NCBI GenBank assembly: GCA_041651575.1 | Contig: JBAZJB010000001.1 | Span: forward strand, 742,450-766,449 | DNA length: 24,000 nucleotides | Reading direction: 5' to 3' | Origin: Candidatus Nanoarchaeia archaeon | GTDB taxonomy: Archaea; Nanobdellota; Nanobdellia; SCGC-AAA011-G17; JAFCDX01 | Shown here: positions 1 to 7,187 of the stretch, piece after piece | Numbering within the stretch: the stretch's first letter is position 1 | Layout: the number at the start of each line of letters is the position of its first letter | Program-made: the position numbers and the translations under genes | Notes under the pieces: model-generated | The model's input: only the letters and a program-made list of their open reading frames with translations | Database searches by the model: none | What the model was told of the DNA's origin: nothing

Positions 1-231
1 TGGATCTAAAGTTCCTCCATGTCCTGCTTTTTTTGTATTTAAAATTCTTTTAAGATAATCTACTGTTTGATGGCTTGTTGGTCCTGAAGGTTTGTTTAAA
101 CAAATAACTCCTTTATCAAACAATTCTTGAATAGTCCTATTTTCAGGAGAACTTCCATATTTATCAGAAGTTTTAGCTTCTTTCTTAATTAGAATAGTTC
201 TTTTAATTTCTTCAAAAGGCAATTTATTCAT
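1..231 (-). CDS. cbf5: H/ACA RNP pseudouridine synthase Cbf5 (TruB family), N-terminal part; the gene runs off the left edge
   Basis: Hand translation of the minus strand from ATG 231..229 gives [77 protein letters not shown]. The KPxGPTSH...GHGGTLDP block is the TruB/Cbf5 catalytic-Asp signature. It is absent from the ORF track because the window edge truncates it. Confidence 0.75.
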   Translation of the reverse strand, partial: MNKLPFEEIKRTILIKKEAKTSDKYGSSPENRTIQELFDKGVICLNKPSGPTSHQTVDYLKRILNTKKAGHGGTLDP

Positions 232-232
232 T

Positions 233-784
233 TTATTTTGGATAAGGTAATATTTTTTTTAGTAAGCCTTTTTTGTAAGATATATAAAGAGAAATTGTTC
301 CAATAATACACATTATTAAAAAATAATTTCCTATAAAATTATTTATCTTTGAAATGATACATAATAAAGGGCCTTTTGATTTAACAACTATAATACTGCA
401 CTTTTCTCTAATCTTTTCAATTTCTCCAGAACCACTTCCCAAATCTTTTAATATAATAAAATAAGTATCTTCATTAAATTTATAATTATATCCTTCATAA
501 ATCTTTATTACTTTTTCATTTATAGATAAATCGGCTTCATTCCCAAAGTGTAACCAACTAAGTTTCATATTAGAACAAGAGAGATTATACCCCTCAAAAT
601 TTTCAATAGTGTTTATATGGCTTATAAGTATTGTTTTTTGATAGTCTCCAATACCTATTGATAATATTCCTAAAGAAAAATTAAAAATACCTAAAAAAAC
701 TAAAGGCAAACATAAACTAACTAGTATAGCATTAAATTCAAAATACAATTTGCGTTCAGATTCTAACTTAGTATTATCAACCAT
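233..784 (-). CDS. hypothetical membrane protein (183 aa, hydrophobic helix near each end)
   Basis: ORF track. Hydrophobic segments are [26 protein letters not shown] (N-terminal) and [14 protein letters not shown] (C-terminal). A TATA-like TTTATAAAA at 806..814 lies about 26 nt upstream of the ATG. I recognise no family motif. Confidence 0.55.
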   Translation of the reverse strand: MVDNTKLESERKLYFEFNAILVSLCLPLVFLGIFNFSLGILSIGIGDYQKTILISHINTIENFEGYNLSCSNMKLSWLHFGNEADLSINEKVIKIYEGYNYKFNEDTYFIILKDLGSGSGEIEKIREKCSIIVVKSKGPLLCIISKINNFIGNYFLIMCIIGTISLYISYKKGLLKKILPYPK

Positions 785-835
785 CGTATTAAATAATATA
801 ATTAGTTTATAAAAGTTATTATAACTATTTTAAAA

Positions 836-1360
836 TTAATGACTTGTTTTACTAAATGATTTACTTTGTTTCTCGTGTTTAATCATTCTTTTTTGTGATT
901 TATTAACAATTTTTTCTTTTTTTAATCTCTCTTCCATTTGTTTTGTTTTTAATTCTTCTTTTTTCTCAGGACTAGGAGCAAGATTTTCTTTACCTGCAGG
1001 TTCATTCTTTAATAATTTCTCTTCTTTTTTACCTTCTACATCTTTATCATTTAGAGCTTTTTCAATTTTAGTTTCTTTAGCTTCTTCTTTTTTCTTAGGG
1101 AAATCATAATCTTGTAATTCTACCAAAGCATAAGTTCCTTCTCTTCTTGTTTTAATTTTTATTTTTGAAGGAGGATTTGTACATCCTTTTTCCCATAAAA
1201 AATGATTTAGATTAGCACAGATTTTAACTTCTTCTACTTTCATATGTCTTATAATGAATTTTCTTACTTCAGAAATTGCTCTTTTTGTTCTTTTAAAAAT
1301 TGGCACTTTTAAACATTCTCTTCTAAGAGGTATAACATAATTTCTTTCTAAGTCTGCCAT
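836..1360 (-). CDS. rpl31e: 50S ribosomal protein L31e with a long Lys/Glu-rich C-terminal extension
   Basis: The N-terminal ~88 aa (ERNYVIPLRR...RAISEVRKFIIRHMKVEEVKICANLNHFLWEKGCTNPPSKIKIKTRREGTYALVEL) matches the L31e pattern. The remaining ~85 aa are low-complexity K/E-rich. The start lies 1 nt after the rpl39e stop. Confidence 0.9.
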   Translation of the reverse strand: MADLERNYVIPLRRECLKVPIFKRTKRAISEVRKFIIRHMKVEEVKICANLNHFLWEKGCTNPPSKIKIKTRREGTYALVELQDYDFPKKKEEAKETKIEKALNDKDVEGKKEEKLLKNEPAGKENLAPSPEKKEELKTKQMEERLKKEKIVNKSQKRMIKHEKQSKSFSKTSH

Positions 1361-1361
1361 T

Positions 1362-1529
1362 TTATACTTTTAATTTAGTTCTTCTCCAGGATCTTTTAAT
1401 TTCAGTATGTCTTGAAGGATGTACTCTACGACCTTTTCCATATTTCTTTGGAATAGTCCAGAATGGAGCCCACTTTGTTTGAGCTAATCTTTTTCCTAAT
1501 CTTAATTTTTGTATTAATCTTTTTACCAT
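1362..1529 (-). CDS. rpl39e: 50S ribosomal protein L39e (55 aa)
   Basis: Not in the ORF track (too short). Hand translation gives MVKRLIQKLRLGKRLAQTKWAPFWTIPKKYGKGRRVHPSRHTEIKRSWRRTKLKV, a typical basic L39e sequence. It sits between rps19e and rpl31e with 1-nt spacers on both sides. Confidence 0.85.
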   Translation of the reverse strand: MVKRLIQKLRLGKRLAQTKWAPFWTIPKKYGKGRRVHPSRHTEIKRSWRRTKLKV

Positions 1530-1530
1530 T

Positions 1531-1944
1531 TTACTTTGCTAATTTATCCAAGAAAGATTTTCCTTTTGGAGTAATTATTCTTCCTTTATGAACTCCTTTT
1601 TCAACTTGTTTTGAGAATCCTGCTTTGTCTAATTGCTGTAATATTTTTCTTATAACATTTCCAGAACCAGTATATGCTTTTTCTGGTTTAAATCCTCTAT
1701 GTTTTCTATGACCATATTTTTTTCTTAATTTAGAAACACCTATTGGACCTTGAGCGATATATAATTTTCTTAATAATGAAGCTGTTCTATGATACCACCA
1801 ATCTTTTTTTGCAGGAGGTCTTTGCTTTCCAGCACAAGTTTTAACAAAAGGAGCCCAGATTGGAGCTTTAATTTCTGGAATATTTTTTAGCTCTTCTGCT
1901 GTTTTCTCTATTAACTTATTTGTATCTTTATTGTAGATTGACAT
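1531..1944 (-). CDS. rps19e: 30S ribosomal protein S19e
   Basis: WAPFVKTCAGKQRPP...DWWYHRTASLLRKLY...GVSKLRKKYGHRKHRGFKPEKAYTGSGNVIRKILQQLDKAGF is the S19e signature. Confidence 0.9.
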   Translation of the reverse strand: MSIYNKDTNKLIEKTAEELKNIPEIKAPIWAPFVKTCAGKQRPPAKKDWWYHRTASLLRKLYIAQGPIGVSKLRKKYGHRKHRGFKPEKAYTGSGNVIRKILQQLDKAGFSKQVEKGVHKGRIITPKGKSFLDKLAK

Positions 1945-1981
1945 ATTAATTTAGAAAGATATAACCCCTTTAAAAAGGTTT

Positions 1982-2623
1982 TTATTTGTTTAAAATGATG
2001 ATATTGCCTCTTCCTTTTTTAATCTTTTTTATAAGGCCTTTATCCTCTAATTCTACTATCATTAAGCTTACTTTAGCTTCAGATAGTCCTATCCTTTCCC
2101 TAATATCCTTTTGAGTAGTTCTTCCACCTTCTTTTTTAATGATTTCAATTACTTTTTCAAGATCGTCCTTTACTCCTTCAATTTTTAGTTCTACTTTTCT
2201 AGGTTTTTTAAATCTCTTATAAATTATTGTTATTAAAATTAGGATTAATACAAAAGGAATTATATAATAAAGATAATTTGTAGATTTAGTTTCTTTTTCT
2301 TCGAATTCAGGTATTAAAAATAAGTCTATTGTATAAGTTCCTTCTTGAGTTATTGTAATATCTTCGGTAGTTATTATGGATTTATCTTGAGTATATGCTT
2401 TTATAACATAATTTCCAATAGGAATACTTTCAAAAGAGTAATCTCCTGTTTTTGCAACATATTTTTGTTCAGGAATAGTGTTAATTTCAAGAATTACATT
2501 ACTAACTTTGTCTAAGGTTAAATCATAAACGCTACCTTGTATCGTTGCTGTAATTGCATTAACAGAAATTAAATTAATTAAGAATAGACTAAATAAAACA
2601 AAAACCCTACCGATATTTTTCAT
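1982..2623 (-). CDS. membrane-tethered winged-helix regulator: signal peptide, extracellular beta-sandwich-like domain, one TM helix, cytoplasmic wHTH
   Basis: N-terminal signal is MKNIGRVFVLFSLFLINLISVNA. A carboxypeptidase-regulatory-like stretch follows (IQGSVYD...IPIGNYVIKAY). The TM helix is YLYYIIPFVLILILITIIY. The C-terminal wHTH is GGRTTQKDIRERIGLSEAKVSLMIVELEDKGLIKKIKKGRGNIIIL. The architecture resembles archaeal predicted membrane-associated transcriptional regulators (COG2512-like, from memory). Confidence 0.65.
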   Translation of the reverse strand: MKNIGRVFVLFSLFLINLISVNAITATIQGSVYDLTLDKVSNVILEINTIPEQKYVAKTGDYSFESIPIGNYVIKAYTQDKSIITTEDITITQEGTYTIDLFLIPEFEEKETKSTNYLYYIIPFVLILILITIIYKRFKKPRKVELKIEGVKDDLEKVIEIIKKEGGRTTQKDIRERIGLSEAKVSLMIVELEDKGLIKKIKKGRGNIIILNK

Positions 2624-2637
2624 AAATTTTTGTAAGT

Positions 2638-2647
2638 TTAAAGCTTT
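2638..2647. promoter_or_regulatory. 10-bp perfect palindrome TAAAGCTTTA, copy 1, overlapping the TATA box of the minus-strand wHTH gene
   Basis: Read directly from the sequence. TAAAGCTTTA is its own reverse complement. It overlaps CTTTATATAA (2643..2652), which lies about 27 nt upstream of the ATG at 2623. Confidence 0.4.
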
Positions 2648-2709
2648 ATATAATTTTCTTTAATAAAAAGAAGCTTGAAATGAGCTCTAAATAGTGTTAA
2701 GAAGTCTCG

Positions 2710-2719
2710 TAAAGCTTTA
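2710..2719. promoter_or_regulatory. 10-bp perfect palindrome TAAAGCTTTA, copy 2, about 30 nt upstream of the TATA box of the 2797 gene
   Basis: Identical 10-mer, 72 bp from copy 1, in the same 173-bp divergent intergenic region. Confidence 0.4.
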
Positions 2720-2741
2720 AATTTTTTGAAAAGAAAGTTTC

Positions 2742-2749
2742 TTTATATA
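2742..2749 (+). promoter_or_regulatory. TATA box (TTTATATA) for the 2797 gene, which also has a GGAGG Shine-Dalgarno at 2786..2790
   Basis: The TATA lies about 50 nt upstream of the ATG, and GGAGG lies 6 nt before the ATG. This is one of the few leadered genes in the window. Confidence 0.45.
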
Positions 2750-2796
2750 TAAGGTTATTAATCTAATATTAATAAAAATTTTGATGGAGGCAATAA

Positions 2797-3600
2797 ATGA
2801 AAAAGATATTTAGTATTTTTGTAACACTTTTGTTAGTCTTGATTACATTAAGCACAGTTTTAGCTGAAGATACAAATGAAATTGTAACAGAAGCTTCTAC
2901 TATAACAGAAACTGAAAATCTAACACCTAGCGAAACAACTGAATTGACTGATTCAATAGATGATGCTACTACAAATGAAACAGAAGAAGTAGGAGCAACA
3001 CCAGATCAAAAAGTTGCTTATGGTTGGAAAAGATTTGCAGAAAAGTTAAGCTTATTGATGACAAGAGGTAAAGAAAAGCAAGCAGAAAAGAAATTACAAT
3101 TTGCTCAAAGAAGATTATCAGAAATGAAAGAAATGGCAAAGAAAGGAGATTTGAAATCTTTGGCTAAAGCTGAAGGATTCCATGCTCAACTTGTCCAAGA
3201 ACTTTCTGAATTAAAAGAGCAATTTGCTAAAGAAAATGTAACAAAAGCTGAAAGATTAGAATATAATTTGCAAAAGCATATTACTGTTCTTGATATAATT
3301 CAGCAAAAACTGCAAGCTAAAAATGTTACAGCTCCGGGTATTGAGAAAACTTTGACTAGGCTTAAAGCAGCAGAAGAAAAATATAACAACATGAGCGAAG
3401 TTAAGCAAGAAAGAATCGCTAAAGAAGTTTCTAGATTAAATAAAGAAGAGAAAAGAGATAGAAACCAAAAAAGAATAGCAAATGAAACTGTTGTTGGAGA
3501 ACAAGTGACTGCTGAGGTTGAGAATCAAGAACAAAATTCTGGTGAAGACACAGAAATACAAGAACAAAATCAGCAACAAACCCAAGCAGGGCAACAATAA
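2797..3600 (+). CDS. secreted coiled-coil protein (signal peptide, acidic T/E-rich region, K/E/Q-rich helical body, Q/E-rich tail)
   Basis: Signal peptide is MKKIFSIFVTLLLVLITLSTVLA. Heptad-like K/E/L-rich sequence follows. I am not confident of any family name. Confidence 0.65.
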   Translation: MKKIFSIFVTLLLVLITLSTVLAEDTNEIVTEASTITETENLTPSETTELTDSIDDATTNETEEVGATPDQKVAYGWKRFAEKLSLLMTRGKEKQAEKKLQFAQRRLSEMKEMAKKGDLKSLAKAEGFHAQLVQELSELKEQFAKENVTKAERLEYNLQKHITVLDIIQQKLQAKNVTAPGIEKTLTRLKAAEEKYNNMSEVKQERIAKEVSRLNKEEKRDRNQKRIANETVVGEQVTAEVENQEQNSGEDTEIQEQNQQQTQAGQQ

Positions 3601-3606
3601 ATTTAC

Positions 3607-3626
3607 TTTTTTTCTTTTTATTTTTT
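3607..3626 (+). terminator. oligo-T tract (T7-C-T5-A-T6), a likely archaeal intrinsic terminator
   Basis: T runs begin 7 nt after the stop at 3598..3600. Archaeal RNA polymerase terminates at oligo-T stretches. Confidence 0.45.
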
Positions 3627-3663
3627 ATATCGAAAGATTTTTAAATAGAGTATCTATTACATA

Positions 3664-5076
3664 GTGATAAAAATGGCAGAACAAGACAATAATAATAAAA
3701 GTAACAGTATACTTTATTCTTCAGAGAACCCTATCATTGATATTCTTAAACAATTATCTGAGGTTGGAACTAATAGAGAAAAATTAGCGGTTTTAGAAGA
3801 TAGACTTACAACCTATCCTGTAGAAGATAAAATTGGAAGAGAAAGATTAGAAACCTATAAAATGGATTTGGTATCTGATATAGAACAAGCAGAAGTTGAG
3901 GATAATATAAAAAAACTTAAACGTATAAGAAAAAAATCGGCTGAAAGTTATAATTTTCAACATGTTCATCCTTCAATTATTAATTCTTATGAAGAATATA
4001 GGAAGGCACATACTTTTTCTATGCAGGGAGATAGTTTAGATCAATTACCTATAGAAGAAGCTGATAACTTATTACATTTTTTTATGATAAATGATAATAA
4101 ATTTTTTGAATCTGTAATTGAAAAGTATGTTGGGGCTGTTTCTGAAGATATAAAGTCAGTTAAATTATTAAAAAAAATATCTGAACAATCTTTAACAGAC
4201 GCTTTAGCTACAAAAGAAATTTTTGAAGTTTTATCCTTTAAAGAATTAACTCCGGATATGTTTCCTTGGCCAAATGGAGAGCAATTTAAAAAATTAAATG
4301 AAGAAAATTTAGAGAGATTAAGGGGGCTAATTAAAAAAGGATTAGAAGTGTCTTCACATTATTTATACTTATTAAATAATTTAAATGAAAAAAAAGCTAT
4401 AGAAAAAATAAAAGAAAATGATTCTCAAAAAATAACTTCTTTACCTCAATCTATCGTATTTGATCAACATAAAAGATTTTATGAAGGTATAAATAGAGTA
4501 AATAATTTTTGTTTAGACCTTTTAAGTGGAAAAGAAGATAGTACATCTAATTCAAATTTAGAGAGAATTTTAAAGTTAGAAAATTTTATAGATGTTTGTG
4601 AACCTTATCTTAATCTTTTATTAAAACAAGAAAAATATGGGGATGCTACTCTTATAGGGGCAATTTCTTTTTATAAACAAAATAATGTAGTTAAATTAAT
4701 AGAAGAAACTAAATCTAAAATTAGAGAAGCAACAACCCACATACAAATAAATAAAATAAAACAAATTTATACTCCCTATTATGATAAAAATTCAAGGCCC
4801 TATCTGTCTTTTTTAATAGAAAAATACCAATCTAAATATTTAAAAATATTGGGTGAAGTAAAGATAGATTATTCTAAATTAGATCCTATTATAGACCAAG
4901 TTTCTTTTAAACTTTTATACGCTTTCCATATGGGAGATAAAAAACTTTATGACGAAGTAGAAGATATTGTACATAGTACTCCAATACCAGGAAAACTAAA
5001 AATAAATGGAAATGATATAACTTTTAATTTTTTATTTTTGGATTTAATAAGAGGATTTAAACCTTCTTCCAAATAA
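3664..5076 (+). CDS. hypothetical cytoplasmic protein (470 aa, helical, no recognised motif)
   Basis: Long uninterrupted ORF. The track start is GTG 3664, and an alternative ATG lies at 3673. TATA-like TTTTAAATA is at 3638..3646. The 3' end overlaps the convergent cysS by 20 nt. Confidence 0.6.
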   Translation: MIKMAEQDNNNKSNSILYSSENPIIDILKQLSEVGTNREKLAVLEDRLTTYPVEDKIGRERLETYKMDLVSDIEQAEVEDNIKKLKRIRKKSAESYNFQHVHPSIINSYEEYRKAHTFSMQGDSLDQLPIEEADNLLHFFMINDNKFFESVIEKYVGAVSEDIKSVKLLKKISEQSLTDALATKEIFEVLSFKELTPDMFPWPNGEQFKKLNEENLERLRGLIKKGLEVSSHYLYLLNNLNEKKAIEKIKENDSQKITSLPQSIVFDQHKRFYEGINRVNNFCLDLLSGKEDSTSNSNLERILKLENFIDVCEPYLNLLLKQEKYGDATLIGAISFYKQNNVVKLIEETKSKIREATTHIQINKIKQIYTPYYDKNSRPYLSFLIEKYQSKYLKILGEVKIDYSKLDPIIDQVSFKLLYAFHMGDKKLYDEVEDIVHSTPIPGKLKINGNDITFNFLFLDLIRGFKPSSK

Positions 5077-6445
5077 TTCCTTTTTTAGTATCTTCAAGAA
5101 CAAAACCCTTTTCTTTTAATTTATTTCTAATTTCATCAGCCTTTTTCCAGTCTTTTTCTTTTCTATATTTTTCTCTTTTATCCATTAATTCTTTAATCTC
5201 TTTTGGAATAGCTTCTTTTTTAGAAATTAAATTTAAACCAAGAACTTGATCAAATTCATTTAATGTTTCTAAGATTTCTTTTACTTCTTTTTTACTTGGG
5301 TCTAATTTGTTTACTTCATTAATAAAACTAAATATAGAACCAAGTGCATTAGCAATATTTAAATCATCATCTAATGATTCTTCAAATTCTTTTTTAACAT
5401 TTTTTATCAAGCTAGAAACTTTTTTACTATCTTTATCTGATTTTACAAAATTTAACCTATTTATAAATTCATTAAGTCTTTTTAGCGAGTTTCTAGCAGA
5501 ATCAAGTCCTTCAAATGTAAAATTAAATGGAATTCTATAATGTGTGCTTAATAAAGAATATCTTATTTCTCTTCCAGAATACCCTTTTGCAAGAACATCT
5601 CTTAATGTATAAAAATTACCTAAAGATTTGGACATTTTTTTACCATCAACTAAAATAAATTCATTATGCAACCAATAATTTACAAATTTCTTTCTAGTTG
5701 CACATTCTGATTGAGCAATTTCATTTTCGTGATGAGGAAATATTAAATCAATTCCACCTGTATGAATATCAAAGGTTTCTCCAAGATATTTCATAGCCAT
5801 TGCAGAACATTCTATATGCCATCCAGGTCTTCCTTTACCAATTTCAGTTTCCCAAAAAACATCTCCATCTAATTTATCATAGAATTTCCATAAACAAAAA
5901 TCTTGAACATTTTCTTTATCATATTCATCTTTTTTAACACGTTCAGACGCTCCTGCTTCTAAATCATCAAACTTTAAATGAGCTAATTTTCCATATTCTT
6001 TATCTTTAGAAATTTTAAAATAAATTCCGTCATCTGTTTTGTAAGCATAACCTTTATTTAATAATTTTTTAATTATAGAAACCATTTCTTTGATATGTTC
6101 TGTAGCTCTTGGATATTTGAAAGATTCTTTAATATTTAAAGTTTTAATGTCTTCAAAGAATGCTTTTTCATATTTAGAAGTAAATTGTTTCAAAGATAAT
6201 TTTTCTTTTTGTGAATCTCTTATGGTTTTATCATCAACATCTGTTACATTAGTAATATGTTTAATTTTATATCCTTTATATTCTAAATATCTATGTAATA
6301 AATCTGCAAATACAAAAGCTCTAAAATTACCTATATGTCCATAATTATAAACAGTTAATCCACAAGAATATATTCCAACGTTTTTATTTTTAATTGGTTT
6401 AAATTCCTCTTTTTTTCTTGTTAAGGTATTGAATAGTTTTATCAT
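5057..6445 (-). CDS. cysS: cysteinyl-tRNA synthetase
   Basis: Class I synthetase with a HIGH-type motif (GHIGNFRAF), KMSKS (GKKMSKSLGNF) and CysRS-typical blocks (YSCGLTVYNYGHIGN, WHIECSAM, DIHTGGIDLIFPHHENE). Confidence 0.95.
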   Translation of the reverse strand: MIKLFNTLTRKKEEFKPIKNKNVGIYSCGLTVYNYGHIGNFRAFVFADLLHRYLEYKGYKIKHITNVTDVDDKTIRDSQKEKLSLKQFTSKYEKAFFEDIKTLNIKESFKYPRATEHIKEMVSIIKKLLNKGYAYKTDDGIYFKISKDKEYGKLAHLKFDDLEAGASERVKKDEYDKENVQDFCLWKFYDKLDGDVFWETEIGKGRPGWHIECSAMAMKYLGETFDIHTGGIDLIFPHHENEIAQSECATRKKFVNYWLHNEFILVDGKKMSKSLGNFYTLRDVLAKGYSGREIRYSLLSTHYRIPFNFTFEGLDSARNSLKRLNEFINRLNFVKSDKDSKKVSSLIKNVKKEFEESLDDDLNIANALGSIFSFINEVNKLDPSKKEVKEILETLNEFDQVLGLNLISKKEAIPKEIKELMDKREKYRKEKDWKKADEIRNKLKEKGFVLEDTKKGIIWKKV

Positions 6446-6479
6446 AAGAAAATGAAAGAAATTTAATTTAAAAAGTTAT

Positions 6480-6992
6480 TTATTCTATTGTTACTGTTAA
6501 AGTTTGACTATAATACATGTTAGATTGACTTTTTGCATAAGTTTCTAAAGAGTACATATATGTTTCTCCAGGTATTGCATTTTTAGGTACTTTAACATTA
6601 ACTACAATTGTTGCATAAGCTCCTGCTTCTATTGGTTGAGATACTGTAGGAACTTCTATCCATTTTGGATCGCTTTTTCCATCTGCAGATTTAACTTTTA
6701 GATAAAATTCATCGTCCCTACCGAGAATATTTTTAATACCTACATACATTCTTTGAGAAGTTTTTGGTTGCATTACTGTATTTGAACCAAGAATGTACAT
6801 TTTTGTTGTTCCAGTTGTCATATACGCTCTTATTTGTTCATCTGCACTTTCAAAAGTTTGTTTTGTAATATCATTTATTTTATCAAACATTCCTCTTATA
6901 AACATTAATCCTAAACTTAACAAAGTAACTCCAAGAATAATAACTATTATGGTAGTCATAGAAAGTTCAATCGCACCCTTTTTTGATTTCAT
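6480..6992 (-). CDS. archaeal type IV pilin-like protein (class III signal peptide)
   Basis: The N-terminus MKSKKG|AIELSMTTIIVIILGVTLLSLGLMF has basic residues, then Gly, then a small residue and a long hydrophobic helix. This is the prepilin-peptidase (class III) signal pattern of archaeal pilins and archaellins. The rest looks beta-rich. Confidence 0.6.
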   Translation of the reverse strand: MKSKKGAIELSMTTIIVIILGVTLLSLGLMFIRGMFDKINDITKQTFESADEQIRAYMTTGTTKMYILGSNTVMQPKTSQRMYVGIKNILGRDDEFYLKVKSADGKSDPKWIEVPTVSQPIEAGAYATIVVNVKVPKNAIPGETYMYSLETYAKSQSNMYYSQTLTVTIE

Positions 6993-7054
6993 ATAAATTA
7001 AGAGTTTAAAATTATATTTAAAGGTTTCTATAACTTCAAAATTAAAAAAATAAG

Positions 7055-7128
7055 TGAGGAGAGGGGGATTTGAACCCCCGACATCTACGGCTTCAGCGTA
7101 GTGCTCTCCCGGGCTGAGCTACCTCCCC
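7055..7128 (-). tRNA. tRNA-Phe (anticodon GAA), 74 nt, no encoded CCA
   Basis: The reverse complement folds by hand into a cloverleaf: GGGGAGG-TA-GCTC-AGCCCGGGA-GAGC-A-CTACG-CTGAAGC-CGTAG-ATGTC-GGGGG-TTCAAAT-CCCCC-TCTCCTC-A. The 7-bp acceptor stem has two G-U pairs. The T-loop is TTCAAAT and the anticodon loop is CT-GAA-GC. Confidence 0.9.
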
Positions 7129-7154
7129 ATTGTAAGTTTAAAATTAAATACAAT

Positions 7155-7166
7155 ATATTTAAATAT
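7155..7166. promoter_or_regulatory. perfectly palindromic TATA element ATATTTAAATAT between the divergent tRNA-Phe and valS genes
   Basis: The 12-mer is its own reverse complement. Its centre lies about 32 nt from the tRNA 5' end (7128) and about 27 nt from the valS ATG (7188). Confidence 0.4.
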
Positions 7167-7187
7167 TTCTAATTGGAGATAATTAAT

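Noticed and set aside
5307-5540. 77-aa plus-strand ORF, and a second one at 6090..6344, both inside cysS
   Set aside because: Both lie fully antisense to a confidently identified cysS. Their low-complexity F/L/S/N-rich translations are typical of the reverse frame of an AT-rich gene. No promoter or motif supports them.
6793-6996. 67-aa plus-strand ORF antisense to the pilin-like gene
   Set aside because: It lies entirely within and opposite the 6480..6992 gene. The hydrophobic translation simply mirrors the opposite-strand signal-helix codons.
6993-7172. Integrated mobile element or genomic island using tRNA-Phe as an attachment site
   Set aside because: No integrase, direct repeat of the tRNA 3' end or compositional shift is visible. 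The flanking genes are housekeeping (valS) and a pilin-like gene with native-looking promoters.
7173-7187. TTG start for valS (track start 7173), and likewise TTG 18303 for the 18327 gene
   Set aside because: ATG codons just downstream (7188 and 18327) fit promoter spacing and gene packing better. The TTG-extended versions add non-conserved residues (MEIIN, MGLRGNGK) and, at 18303, overlap the GT2 gene by 23 nt. They are not excluded, only less likely.
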